DNA of 64,000 nucleotides from an uncultured Candidatus Entotheonella sp. (GTDB lineage Bacteria; Tectomicrobia; Entotheonellia; Entotheonellales; Entotheonellaceae): NCBI GenBank assembly GCA_965217185.1, contig OZ244252.1, positions 1,472,001 to 1,536,000 of the forward strand, read 5' to 3'. Shown piece by piece: positions 39,101 to 49,068 of this stretch (position 1 is its first letter; each line of letters starts with the position of its first letter). The notes under the pieces were generated by a model. It saw only the letters and a program-made list of their open reading frames with translations, ran no database searches and was not told where the DNA came from. The position numbers and the translations under genes were made by a program.

Positions 39101-40198
39101 GTGGCCGAAAACATCGGCATTCGAGTGCATAATCTTCGCAAGACCTTCCAGCGCGGCCACGTGCAGGCGTGCCGCGACGTCAACCTGCAACTCGCCGAGG
39201 GCGCCCTGATGGTGCTGCTCGGCCCGTCCGGCTGCGGCAAGACCACGACGCTGCGCTGCATTGCCGGCCTGGAGCAGCCGGATAACGACGACGCCATCTG
39301 GGTGAAGGGCCGCAATATCACCCGGCTGCAGCCCAAGGACCGCAACCTGGCGTTCGTGTTCCAGGACACGGCGCTGTTTCCGCACCTGAGCATCCGGCGC
39401 AACATCTCCTTCGGCCTGGACATGCACAAGACCTACGGACGCGCTGAACGCCGCCGGCGGGTGCACGAGGTGGCCGAACTGCTGCACGTCGAAGATCTTC
39501 TGGAACGCAAGCCGCACGAGGTGTCCGGCGGCCAGGCGCAGCGGGTGGCGCTGGGTAGAGCGATCGTCATGGAACCCGACGCCTTTCTGCTGGATGAGCC
39601 CCTTGCCAACCTCGACGCCGCGCTGCGCGTGGAAATGCGCACGGAAATCAAGCGCATTCAGAAACGTCTCGGTATCTCGACGATCTTCGTGACGCATGAT
39701 CAGGAGGAGGCGTTGTCCCTCGGCGACGTCATTGCCGTGATGAAAGACGGCGAAGTTCAACAGGTTGGCACGCCGCACGACATTTACCACCACCCGGCCA
39801 ATTTTTTCGTCGCCACCTTCATTGGCTCGCCGCCGCTCAACTGCCTGCCGTGCCAGGTGCAGACGGACAACGGCACACTCAACCTCGCCTCTCGGGCATT
39901 CCGGTTGCCTCTCGAAGCGGCCGACGGGACGGCGTCGTTGCGGCACCAGGGAGAGATCATGCTTGGTATCCGCCCTGAGTTGATCGCCATCGCGCCCGAA
40001 CGGCCGGACACGGTGGCAGCGCGGGTCTCCCTCATCGAGCCCTTGGGTAGCCGTACGATTTTAATTCTGGAAGCGGGGGGCGTGGAGTTGCGGGCGCTGG
40101 TGCAAGGAGAAACGAGCGCCCGTGAGGGCGAAGCGGTGCATCTGCGGCTGGACCTGGAGCGGGCGTTTTTCTTCGACAACGCCGGCAACAGATTATGA
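39101..40198 (+). CDS. Carbohydrate ABC transporter ATP-binding protein (MalK-like)
   Basis: GPSGCGKTT, VSGGQAQRVALGRA, DEPLANLD, VTHDQEEA; GTG start after GGAG. Confidence 0.93.
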   Translation: MAENIGIRVHNLRKTFQRGHVQACRDVNLQLAEGALMVLLGPSGCGKTTTLRCIAGLEQPDNDDAIWVKGRNITRLQPKDRNLAFVFQDTALFPHLSIRRNISFGLDMHKTYGRAERRRRVHEVAELLHVEDLLERKPHEVSGGQAQRVALGRAIVMEPDAFLLDEPLANLDAALRVEMRTEIKRIQKRLGISTIFVTHDQEEALSLGDVIAVMKDGEVQQVGTPHDIYHHPANFFVATFIGSPPLNCLPCQVQTDNGTLNLASRAFRLPLEAADGTASLRHQGEIMLGIRPELIAIAPERPDTVAARVSLIEPLGSRTILILEAGGVELRALVQGETSAREGEAVHLRLDLERAFFFDNAGNRL

Positions 40199-40226
40199 GC
40201 CCGCGGTGAAATAGAGGAATCGCCAA

Positions 40227-41156
40227 GTGCATTTTGCCGACCGCCTCTGCGCGGCCATCGACGCCAAAGGCAGTGCCGTCGTGGTGGGGCTTGATCCGCG
40301 CCCGGAGAGCCTGCCGCCGCACCTGTTGGCCGAGTGCCGCGCCGAGTTGGGTGACAACGTCCAGGCCGTGGCGGAGGCGTTGTGGCGTTTCAATCGCGGC
40401 ATCATCGACTCGGTGCACGATGTCGTCCCGGCGGTAAAACCGCAACTCGCTTTTTACGAGCGTTACGGTATTCCCGGCCTTCAGGCGTACGCCCGCACGA
40501 CGCAACATGCCAAAGAAGCAGGGTTGCTGGTCATCGCCGACGGCAAGCGTAACGACATCGGCTCCACAGCGGGCGCCTATGCCGAGGCGTTTCTCGGCGC
40601 TTCCGGCGACTTCACCGCCGATGCCCTCACCGTCAACCCGTTTCTCGGACGCGACGGCATCCAGCCGTTCATTGACTGCGCCCAGCAGCATGACCGCGGC
40701 GTGTTCGTGCTGGTCAAAACGTCCAATCCGTCCGCCGGTGACCTACAGGACATGCAGGTTGACGGGCAACCGTTATACGAACACCTCGGACGCTTGGTGG
40801 AAAGTTGGGGCGAAAGCAGCCGCGGACACAACGGCTATTCGAGTGTCGGCGCCGTCGTAGGCGCCACCTGGCCTGAGCAGGCGGCCCGCTTGCGTTCACT
40901 CATGCAGCACACCTTGTTTCTGGTGCCCGGCTACGGCGCCCAGGGCGCTACTGCGGCTGACGTGGCGTGCTGCTTCGACGACCGCGGACACGGCGCCCTG
41001 ATCAACGCCTCGCGCAGCATCATCTTCGCTTGGTCTGCTGAGCCCTACGCAAGCCGTTATACCGAATCTGATTATGGGGCGGCAGCGCGCGAGGCTGCAC
41101 AGCGCATGGGTGATGAGATCCGCAAGGCCCAGGGCCGGTTGTCTGGGGCGGGATGA
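40227..41156 (+). CDS. pyrF: Orotidine-5'-phosphate decarboxylase
   Basis: VGLDP, KPQLAFYE, DGKRNDIGST, VKTSNP, GAVVGAT, PGYGAQG, NASRSI. Confidence 0.96.
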   Translation: MHFADRLCAAIDAKGSAVVVGLDPRPESLPPHLLAECRAELGDNVQAVAEALWRFNRGIIDSVHDVVPAVKPQLAFYERYGIPGLQAYARTTQHAKEAGLLVIADGKRNDIGSTAGAYAEAFLGASGDFTADALTVNPFLGRDGIQPFIDCAQQHDRGVFVLVKTSNPSAGDLQDMQVDGQPLYEHLGRLVESWGESSRGHNGYSSVGAVVGATWPEQAARLRSLMQHTLFLVPGYGAQGATAADVACCFDDRGHGALINASRSIIFAWSAEPYASRYTESDYGAAAREAAQRMGDEIRKAQGRLSGAG

Positions 41157-41197
41157 TCGTGTGCCGCGCGGGATGATCCACGGAGAGGAGACACGCA

Positions 41198-42883
41198 ATC
41201 AAGCGCATACACGGCAACGTCACAGGGCTGAAAGCGAACCAGATGCGGCGTCTTGAGCACGTCTACCGCCGCAAAGTACCGGCGCAGCAGATCGTCACTC
41301 AGGAACTCGGGCGCTACCTTTGCGAATTGTCTCAGGAACTCAAACGCCAGATCGGCGTGCTGATTGACCGCAAGGGTACCATTGGACACGTCGTGGTCGG
41401 CGATCACAAGAGCATCTTCCTGCCCGACATCGGACGCTTTCGCACCGCTGCCAACCGCCTGCGCGGCCTGCGCTATGTGCACACCCATCTACGCGGCGAG
41501 CCCTTCACCCCTGACGACATGACCGACCTCGCCCTGCTGCGTTTCGACGTCATGGTGGCCCTTGACGTCGGCGCTGACGGCCTGCCCGGTAGCGCGCACG
41601 TTGCCTCGCTGCTGCCGGACAACCCCGAAGGCCGGCAGTGGGACGTGCAAGACGGCGTGCCCATCAACCGGCTGGAGGCGGACTTTCTGTCGTTCATCCA
41701 ATCGCTCGAAGACGAGTTTCAGCGTACCCAGGACGCCTTTGCCGATGGGGACACGCGGGAGCGCGCGATTCTTATCAGCGTCACGCCGGGCAGCAGGCTG
41801 GCCGCCGAGGGATCGCTGGCGGAGCTTGCCGAATTGGCCGACTCTTGCGGCGTGGCGGCGGCGGACCGCGTTATCCAGGCCCGGAGCCGGCGCGACCCGC
41901 GCTACGTCCTCGGTCGCGGCAAGCTGGACGAGGTCGTCGTGCGCAGCCTGCAAGTCGGCGCCGACCTGCTCATCTTCGATCAAAGCCTGACGCCCGGCCA
42001 GAGCCGTGCCATCGCCGAGCGCACCGAACTCAAAGTCATCGACCGCACCATGCTCATCCTGGACATCTTCGCCCAGCACGCCCACAGCCGCGAGGGCAAA
42101 TTGCAGGTCGAACTGGCGCAATTGAAATACCTCAGGCCGTACCTTGCCGGCCAAAGCACCGCCCTGTCACGGCTCACCGGCGGCATTGGCGGGCGCGGCC
42201 CCGGCGAAACCAACCTGGAAATCGACCGGCGGCGGGTGCAGGACCGCATCACTCACCTGGAGAAACAACTGCGCAGCGTGACACAAGGCCGCCACCTGCG
42301 CCGCCGTCAGCGCCAGCGCCACCACCTGCCGGTGTTGTCCATCGTGGGCTACACCAATGCCGGCAAATCGACCCTGCTGAATGCCCTAACCAACAGCCAG
42401 GTACTGGTGGAAAACCGTATGTTCGCCACCCTCGACCCGTCGAGCCGGCGCCTGCGGTTTCCTCGTGACCTGGAGGTGATCATCACCGATACGGTGGGCT
42501 TCATGCGCGACCTGCCGCCCGACCTCGTGGCGGCGTTTCGCTCCACGCTCGACGAACTGCACGATGCCGATCTGTTGTTGCACGTCGTGGACGCCGGCAA
42601 CCCATACATGGACGATCATATGGAAGCGGTTGAGCGCATTCTCCGCGACCTCGACATGCGCGAAACCCCGCGCCTTGTCGTGCTCAACAAAATGGACCTC
42701 ATCGAGCCCGAAGTGGCGGCCAACCTTGAACGCTTGCACCAGGGGGTCGCCATTTCCGCCCACGACCGCCGTTCCCTGGCCCGTCTGATCGACCACCTGC
42801 AGGGCGTGATTTGGGAACAACTGCACGACGACCCGCGTTTCGGCGGGGTCGCCGCATTGGCCGGCGAAATGCCGTTGGATTGA
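41198..42883 (+). CDS. hflX: GTPase HflX, long form with N-terminal extension
   Basis: GIGGRGPGE, VGYTNAGKSTL, FATLDP, DTVGF, NKMD; probable ATC start 7 nt after GAGGAG (first ATG at 41243). Confidence 0.93.
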   Translation: MKRIHGNVTGLKANQMRRLEHVYRRKVPAQQIVTQELGRYLCELSQELKRQIGVLIDRKGTIGHVVVGDHKSIFLPDIGRFRTAANRLRGLRYVHTHLRGEPFTPDDMTDLALLRFDVMVALDVGADGLPGSAHVASLLPDNPEGRQWDVQDGVPINRLEADFLSFIQSLEDEFQRTQDAFADGDTRERAILISVTPGSRLAAEGSLAELAELADSCGVAAADRVIQARSRRDPRYVLGRGKLDEVVVRSLQVGADLLIFDQSLTPGQSRAIAERTELKVIDRTMLILDIFAQHAHSREGKLQVELAQLKYLRPYLAGQSTALSRLTGGIGGRGPGETNLEIDRRRVQDRITHLEKQLRSVTQGRHLRRRQRQRHHLPVLSIVGYTNAGKSTLLNALTNSQVLVENRMFATLDPSSRRLRFPRDLEVIITDTVGFMRDLPPDLVAAFRSTLDELHDADLLLHVVDAGNPYMDDHMEAVERILRDLDMRETPRLVVLNKMDLIEPEVAANLERLHQGVAISAHDRRSLARLIDHLQGVIWEQLHDDPRFGGVAALAGEMPLD

Positions 42884-42909
42884 GCGGCTTTCCAGACACG
42901 AGAGCCACC

Positions 42910-43080
42910 ATACGATTCGCCGGCCGAACAACCCCGGTCACCGGGAGTTCCCGCATCATCGGGCGCACCATTGCCCGGCGGGCTCTGTTCGACAGGGTAC
43001 GTAAGACGTTCAACTGCTCTGACGAGGCGGCCTGGATATGCAGCCAGACGCTTATGGTGGACGGCGGGCTGCCTGACCTC
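42910..43080 (+). pseudogene. SDR oxidoreductase remnant, N- and C-termini joined by a large deletion
   Basis: RFAGRTTPVTGSSRIIGRTIARR (TGxxxGIG-like) followed closely by CSDEAAWICSQTLMVDGG. Confidence 0.7.
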
Positions 43081-43153
43081 GCCGTTCGATACCGGCCAGC
43101 TTGCGCTGCCATAGGTATGACGCCAACCCCTGTGTGTAAAAGGACCCGACCGC

Positions 43154-44128
43154 ATGGCGGCAGACCCGGGCAGCTTTAGCCCCTTTCCCTTGCTGCGCGG
43201 ACCGCACCTGCAGACCATCGCAGCCGCCAAACTGCGCCTGTGGCATCGCGAGCCGCCCGGAGAGGTACAGGTGGTTACCCTGCCGGACGGCGACCGTATC
43301 GCCTTGGTCGTTTCCACGCCGCCGCAATGGCGACCCGACAGCCCCACCGTTCTGCTACTGCACGGCCTGTGCGGTTGCCATCAATCTTCGTACATGATGC
43401 GTTTAGCCCTCAAGCTGTGGCGGCGCGGCATTCGCGCCATTCGTATGAACATGCGCGGGTGCGGGGCGGGAGTGGGTCTTGCCCGGCAGCCCTATCACAG
43501 CGGCCGTAGTCCCGACGTGCTGGCCGTGCTGGAAGACTTACGGGATCAATCACCGCAATCGCCCGTGACCCTGCTGGGGTTTTCCCTGGGCGGCAACGTG
43601 ATCCTGAAATTCGCCGGTGAACTGGGGCGGCGGGCGGAAGCGCTTTGCACCCAAGTCATCGCCGTATGCCCGCCCGCCGACCTCGCAGCCTGCTCGCGCT
43701 TGCTCAGTCAGCCGTCCAACCGGTTATACGAGCGTTACTTCATGCGTCGCCTGCTTGCCGCCGTGGCCGAGCGCCATCGCCTGTTCCCGGACTTGGCGCC
43801 GGTCAACCTGCCCGAACGTCTGTCGCTCTATCGGTTCGACAATCTCTACACCGCGCCGCAATGCGGCTTCGCCGACGCCGAGGATTACTACACACGCAGC
43901 AGCGCCGCGCCTTGGGTGCCGCACATCACCCTGCCGTGCCGCATCCTGTTCGCCGATGACGACCCGGTGATTGACGCCGCGGTTTTCGACGGCGCCGCCC
44001 TGCCCGCGAACGTCGAGGTCGTGCGCACGCCACAGGGCGGGCACATGGGGTTCCTGGGGCACCCCGGGCGGCCCGGCGGCTATCGCTGGATGGATGCGTG
44101 TTTGCTGGATTGGGTCGGTGCGGCGTGA
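43154..44128 (+). CDS. YheT-family alpha/beta hydrolase
   Basis: HLQT, LHGLCG, MRGCG, YHSG, GFSLGGN, DDPVI and GGHMGF. Confidence 0.92.
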   Translation: MAADPGSFSPFPLLRGPHLQTIAAAKLRLWHREPPGEVQVVTLPDGDRIALVVSTPPQWRPDSPTVLLLHGLCGCHQSSYMMRLALKLWRRGIRAIRMNMRGCGAGVGLARQPYHSGRSPDVLAVLEDLRDQSPQSPVTLLGFSLGGNVILKFAGELGRRAEALCTQVIAVCPPADLAACSRLLSQPSNRLYERYFMRRLLAAVAERHRLFPDLAPVNLPERLSLYRFDNLYTAPQCGFADAEDYYTRSSAAPWVPHITLPCRILFADDDPVIDAAVFDGAALPANVEVVRTPQGGHMGFLGHPGRPGGYRWMDACLLDWVGAA

Positions 44129-44131
44129 GGA

Positions 44132-44394
44132 AGGGTGCTACCCCGATCAGTGGAGAAATGCACGATAAGGAAAGGACCGGTAAAGTACAGAATTTCAGTT
44201 GGATACGCAAATTCCGGCCGAGCGCCCTCGCCGCCTCTGAACAATCTCGTTCCCATCCGCCGGCGTGTGTCTCCAAGAGCGCTATCGCCAAGATCATCGG
44301 CGTGTTGCGACCTCTCCTGTATCATTTCATCGACGCAAGAAGCCTCGGGCTGAATCCGTAACGTGCAATTTTACGCCAATCGCGCTGGCACTCT
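44132..44394 (+). mobile_element. MITE copy 1 (~263 bp, ~34 bp imperfect TIRs, resolvase 3' remnant inside)
   Basis: Ends AGGGTGCTACCCCGATC.. and ..CAATCGCGCTGGCACTCT; internal VSKSAIAKIIGV..LLYHFID HTH-like remnant; second copy at 50164. Confidence 0.8.
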
Positions 44395-44923
44395 ATCCTG
44401 AACGACGTTCTGGCTGGGCGTATTTCGCCGATGATCCCGGCCGGTGCAAGGCTGCCTCGGCGCCGAAAATGGATTCTGACGGGCTACAGGTCCCCACAGG
44501 GGCTTCGACGCCGGATGTGGATGGGGGCGGGCAAGGCATCGCAGACGAAAAAACCGCTTCTGCGGCCTCAGGGCCGGAGAACGACAACGCCAGTTCCGGG
44601 ACCCAGGTCTGCGGCGGTCGGCCGGCTGACGTCGCCGGCGTAGACTGGCGCGGGGCGGGTTCACGTGGATGCTGCACCCGTTACGTAACAGTGCGGTTCT
44701 AATATGAGCGATTGTATCGCCTTCGGACGCAAAAGTGCCCCTCCAGGGAATGCCCCGGAGGGGCAGCTGACTGGTTCGATAACCCTGCGTTATGTTGCCT
44801 TTCAGGCCATTCACACGGCTTTGCACAAAAAGTCGGTCTTGCACAAGAAATCGAGAATCTGCACGAAAAGTCATGCCCGACTTATGGTGGGCTTCGTTGA
44901 ATGTGCTGGATCGGTTTTGTATG

Positions 44924-45046
44924 TCATCTTTGGGTTTGGGATTTATTGCGTTTTGCCCTGCGTCTACGGACGTCGAGGGTAGCCCAGACGAAAGCGATGA
45001 TGGACAGGGCCCCGACGGTGTATAGCATGATCTGAATATTACTCAC
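44924..45046 (-). CDS. Putative 40-aa single-TM protein
   Basis: GTG after GGAGG; hydrophobic stretch followed by RRRRAKRNK. Confidence 0.45.
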   Translation of the reverse strand: MSNIQIMLYTVGALSIIAFVWATLDVRRRRAKRNKSQTQR

Positions 45047-45587
45047 CTTCTCTTCCTCCTGCGACGGCGTGTCCCGCCATATAAAAGAGAATAGCGAATA
45101 GCACACCGAGGTATGCTTCATAAAAGGATAGCTTGTCGGTTGCTGCAGCAAGCAAGACGCCGGGATGCGCATCGCCCGGCCTCAGTCTCAACCAGCTGAG
45201 TCCGTCTCAGCTAATCTGCGCTCATTCTCATTTATTGTGAGCCGAAGGGGAAAGATAGTCTCAAATAATCTGAGCCGAAAGCGGCGATAATCTCGCGCCC
45301 AACGCTGGATGATCTTGTCGCACAAGAAATGACAACGTGGTGGCGGCGAGATGCGGTTTCCCGCCCGTGACTCGGTGCAATGGGGTGTCATGAGGCACCG
45401 GGAGAGCCGTTCCAAGACAAAATTTATATATGTCATCAGAAAATACATGATTGCATGCAAAGGATTTGTTTTGTCTATGTTATAGTCCTGTCCCGGTGGC
45501 GGCTTGGCTACGGCCGCCGCGCCGGGGTTGGCAAAGACAACTCAGGAGAGAAGCAGGGTTGGCATTGATTAACAAGGAGATTTTGCC

Positions 45588-47707
45588 ATGTCTGACGATT
45601 ATTCAGCAGACCGTTTCACCACGGGCGCCGTCGCGGTGGGCGGCTCGGCCACCGCGACCATTGAGACCGCCCATGACCAGGATTGGTTCGCCGTCGAGCT
45701 GGTGGCGGGGCGGACCTACCAGTTCGACCTCGGAGGCAGCCCGAGCGGCGGCGGCACGCTGCGCGATACCTATCTTCGGGCGATCTACGACAGCGAGGGA
45801 CGCTACCAGTCGGGCAGCTACAACGACGACTTCGGCGGCAGCCGCGACAGCCGGGTGACGTTCACGGCGTCGCAGAGCGGGACGTACTACGTGCGTGCGT
45901 CGGGGGACCGCGACGAGACCGGGAGCTACACGCTGTCGGTGCGCGACGTGACACCGTCCGAGGCAGGCAACCCGCCGCCGGCCGGAACCGGCCAGGATCA
46001 GGATACGGGGCAGAGCATCTCGGAGGGCGACACGGACCTGCCCAACGACGCCTCCACCCCCGGCCGGGTCGCGGTCGCGGGTTCGGCCACGGGCACCATC
46101 GGAACCGCTGGCGATCAGGACAGGTTCGCGATCGAGCTGGTGGCGGGTCGGACCTACCAGTTTGACCTGACGGGCAGCCCGGGCGGGGGGGGGCGCTTCG
46201 GGACACCTATTTCCGGGCGATCTACGACAGCGAGGGACGCTACCAGTCGGACAGCTACAACGACGACTTCGAGGGCGGCCGCGACAGCCGGGTGACGTTC
46301 ACGGCATCCGAGAGCGGGACCTATTACGCGCGAGTGTCGGGCGACCGGAACGAGACCGGGAGCTACACGCTGCGCGTGACCGACGTGACGCAGCAGGAGG
46401 CGGTGTTCGTCCCGGGTCCGCCGGAGACGGAGCTTGAGACCTTCCCGGGCCAGAGTACACCCGGTGCTGGCGGGCGGGCGAGCGTCTCGGAACCGGTCGG
46501 CACGGACTTTCCCGCCTCCACCGCCACCACCGGCGAGGTCGACGTCGGCGGCTGGGTCACGGGCAACTCCACCCCCCCTAACGACCGCGACTGGTTCAAG
46601 GTGGAACTGGAGGCGGACAAGACCTACCAGATCGACCTGGAGGGCGCGGAAACCGGCCGCGGCACCATGGACGACCCGTATCTGCGTGGCATCTACGATG
46701 CGGGTGGCTCAAAGATTCCCAATACGGATGCCGACGATGGCGGCGAGGGCGTAAACTCCCGGCTGATCTTCACGCCGACCGCGACCGGCACCTACTACCT
46801 GCAAGCGAGTGAATTCGACAACGGTAGGGGCAGCTACACGCTGTCGGTGCGTGAAATCACGCCGCCGGGTTTCGTGGAAGACGATATGGACCTGCCCGGC
46901 AACGCCACCACCACCGGCGAGGTGGTGGTGGACGAGTTCGGGGCCCGGGGCACCATCTCGGAACCGGTCGGCACGGAGATCATCAAGGACGGCCAGTTTC
47001 AGCGAATCGATTACACCTTCGACAACGACTGGTTCGCGGCGGAACTGGAGGCGGGGCGGACCTACCAGATCGACCTTCAGGGCGGGATTCTCATCGCCCC
47101 CGGCACGTTCTACGACCCCGGCCTCACCCTGCACCTCCCGGAGATCCTCGCGATCTACGATGCGGACAGCAACTTTCTTTACAACACCTCGGACCGCGAG
47201 GGAAGTGGCCCCGGCGACGCCGCCCGGGTGGAGTTCACGCCGAACGCCGACGGCACCTACTACATCTCGGCCAGCGGCGTTTCCCACTCGGCAGGCGGCT
47301 ACGAGTTGACGGTCAGCGACATCACGGAGGATTCCGACCCTCACACGGCCGGCCGCAGCACCAACGGGAGAGTGACGGTCGGGGGTTCGGTCACGGGCAA
47401 GATCGATTTCTATCAAGACGTCGACTGGTTCGCGGTGGAGCTGAAGGCCGGCCAGGCGTACCAAGTCGGCCTGGAGGGACGGGCGACCGGCCGCGGCAGT
47501 TTGTCCGACCCGTTTCTGCGCGGGATCCACGATCCTTCCGGCAACTGGATATCCGGCACCGGGGATGACGACGGCGGCGAGGGCTACAACAGCCGTGTGA
47601 CCTTCACGCCCGATGCGGGCGGCACCTACTACGTGGCAGCCGGCGCCTACGGCTATCTCGAAGGCACCTACACACTGTCGGTGGCAGAGGTCGGCGATGT
47701 CATATGA
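45588..47707 (+). pseudogene. PPC-like repeat protein (five acidic beta domains), frameshifted at a G9 tract
   Basis: Repeats of D.DWF.VEL.AG.TYQ.DL.G...D.YL..IYD..G....DDDGG...SR.TFT...GTYY; frame break at 46185-46193. Confidence 0.85.
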
Positions 47708-48128
47708 CGGCCTTTGAGTAGCAGATGATGTTCAACGAATACGCCGCAACCAATCCCGGCAGCCTGACTTTCCATAGCCATAGCGCGTGCGGTCACCAGG
47801 CAACCCACGTCAAGGCGCTTTCGTATCTCAGCACCGAGGCGTCAGACTTCGACCGGCCGGGTACTCCGCCTTGCCGACTTTGCCCCGGCAGAGAACTCGA
47901 CTAGGCTGCCCGGCGCCCGCATCCCTTGGTGCGGGCGCTTTCCGTACACCCCTATGACACCCCACCGACACCTTTGCAGCACCCTCTCAAATTCGCCCCA
48001 GGATTGATTCTGACGATACTTTTCCCGACATGTCCATAGGAGGAAACACCCCCTTGCGGGTGTTTCACAATGTCCGGGAAGGGAAGCGGGCAAGGGAGCA
48101 CCCCTTGGCCTTTCGCAGATCCCCGCCA

Positions 48129-48156
48129 TGTTCTGATAAGGGAGGTTATGTCAAAT
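48129..48156 (+). other. dif-like XerC/XerD site A
   Basis: TGTTCTGATAA-GGGAGG-TTATGTCAAAT (11-6-11); right arm is 10/11 to the E. coli XerD arm TTATGTTAAAT. Confidence 0.7.
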
Positions 48157-48165
48157 CGGCATGTC

Positions 48166-48585
48166 TTACGAGGTTGCCGTAGTTGGTCGTGTGGAAAAAC
48201 CTACTTCCCAAGTGAGGTCTGTCTCGCCATCTATAGAACATCGCCAAACATAACGGTTGCCTGGAGACAGGGTTAGTTGCGCTATATTGACTGCAAGTGT
48301 GACGTCGAGTGGTGTCCCTGGGCGTAATCCAACAGGTCTTCCAACTTCAAAATCACCTTGTATCTCACAGATTTGATTATTTACCTCAACGGGCTGCCCA
48401 TCTTCTGAAACCAAGGCCAGTTGGAATCTGTGAGGGGTATTGGCGCCAGTCCAAGGCACTTCAATTTTAATGGCAACAGACATGTTGATGTTTGTTGCGT
48501 CTGTAATCGACCACCCACCACCCAAGATGTACAATTTGCCATTTACTGCTTGGGCGCTGTCGGCTAGCAACAGAGTTGCTTTCAT
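48166..48585 (-). CDS. DUF6941-like protein
   Basis: LLLADSAQ..NGKLYILGGGW N-terminal signature, all-beta pattern. Confidence 0.75.
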   Translation of the reverse strand: MKATLLLADSAQAVNGKLYILGGGWSITDATNINMSVAIKIEVPWTGANTPHRFQLALVSEDGQPVEVNNQICEIQGDFEVGRPVGLRPGTPLDVTLAVNIAQLTLSPGNRYVWRCSIDGETDLTWEVGFSTRPTTATS

Positions 48586-48610
48586 CAAGTTTAGTCCTAT
48601 GGGTGGGGTT

Positions 48611-49048
48611 TTATACCTTAACGTTTATAGATTCTGAGGATGTGGTGACAGACGACCAATTAGCATTGGTTTGTGATGAATTGTGGTTGATCGGGTTTGA
48701 GACGGATTTCTGTAAAGTCTTAAAATTGATATGCTGTTTTCTTATTAGTGAACCGGCGACGCTGCCTTTGTCTCTCCATGCCACAAACGGCGATTCCGTT
48801 AACTGCACCCGTCTGTTAGGTGTTTGCCACCACTCATCCAATTTCAGCCTTAAAAAATTCCGGATGAATACAGGTGTTTCCTGATCTTCGTCAGGGTAGA
48901 TGCCCAAAAAATATAACTCTGTTTCCAATGCTTTCAGCAAAGCATCGCGTGACAACCTATTCAGATAGGTTTTGTCACCCTCTGTTAGCATGATATAGAC
49001 TTCTCTCTCCACATGTTCTTCGATATCTTGTCTTGTTAGCGTGTCCAT
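48611..49048 (-). CDS. Hypothetical protein with a Ser/Asn/Thr-rich C-terminal tail (candidate antitoxin)
   Basis: ATG after GGAGAG; middle gene of a tight three-gene AT-richer operon. Confidence 0.7.
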   Translation of the reverse strand: MDTLTRQDIEEHVEREVYIMLTEGDKTYLNRLSRDALLKALETELYFLGIYPDEDQETPVFIRNFLRLKLDEWWQTPNRRVQLTESPFVAWRDKGSVAGSLIRKQHINFKTLQKSVSNPINHNSSQTNANWSSVTTSSESINVKV

Positions 49049-49068
49049 ATCTTCTCTCCCCTTTGAAA

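Noticed and set aside
19768..42883. hflX-hflK-hflC operon as in E. coli
   Set aside because: hflX is ~20 kb away on the opposite strand; no evidence of linkage
42900..43110. Possible structured ncRNA (6S-like rod) between hflX and the YheT-like gene
   Set aside because: Pairing is patchy in GC-rich DNA, and the plus frame carries clear SDR N- and C-terminal motifs, so a pseudogene explains it better
45415..45445. Reverse-strand dif-like site (TTTTCTGATGA..)
   Set aside because: No recognisable XerD arm at a 6-8 bp spacing
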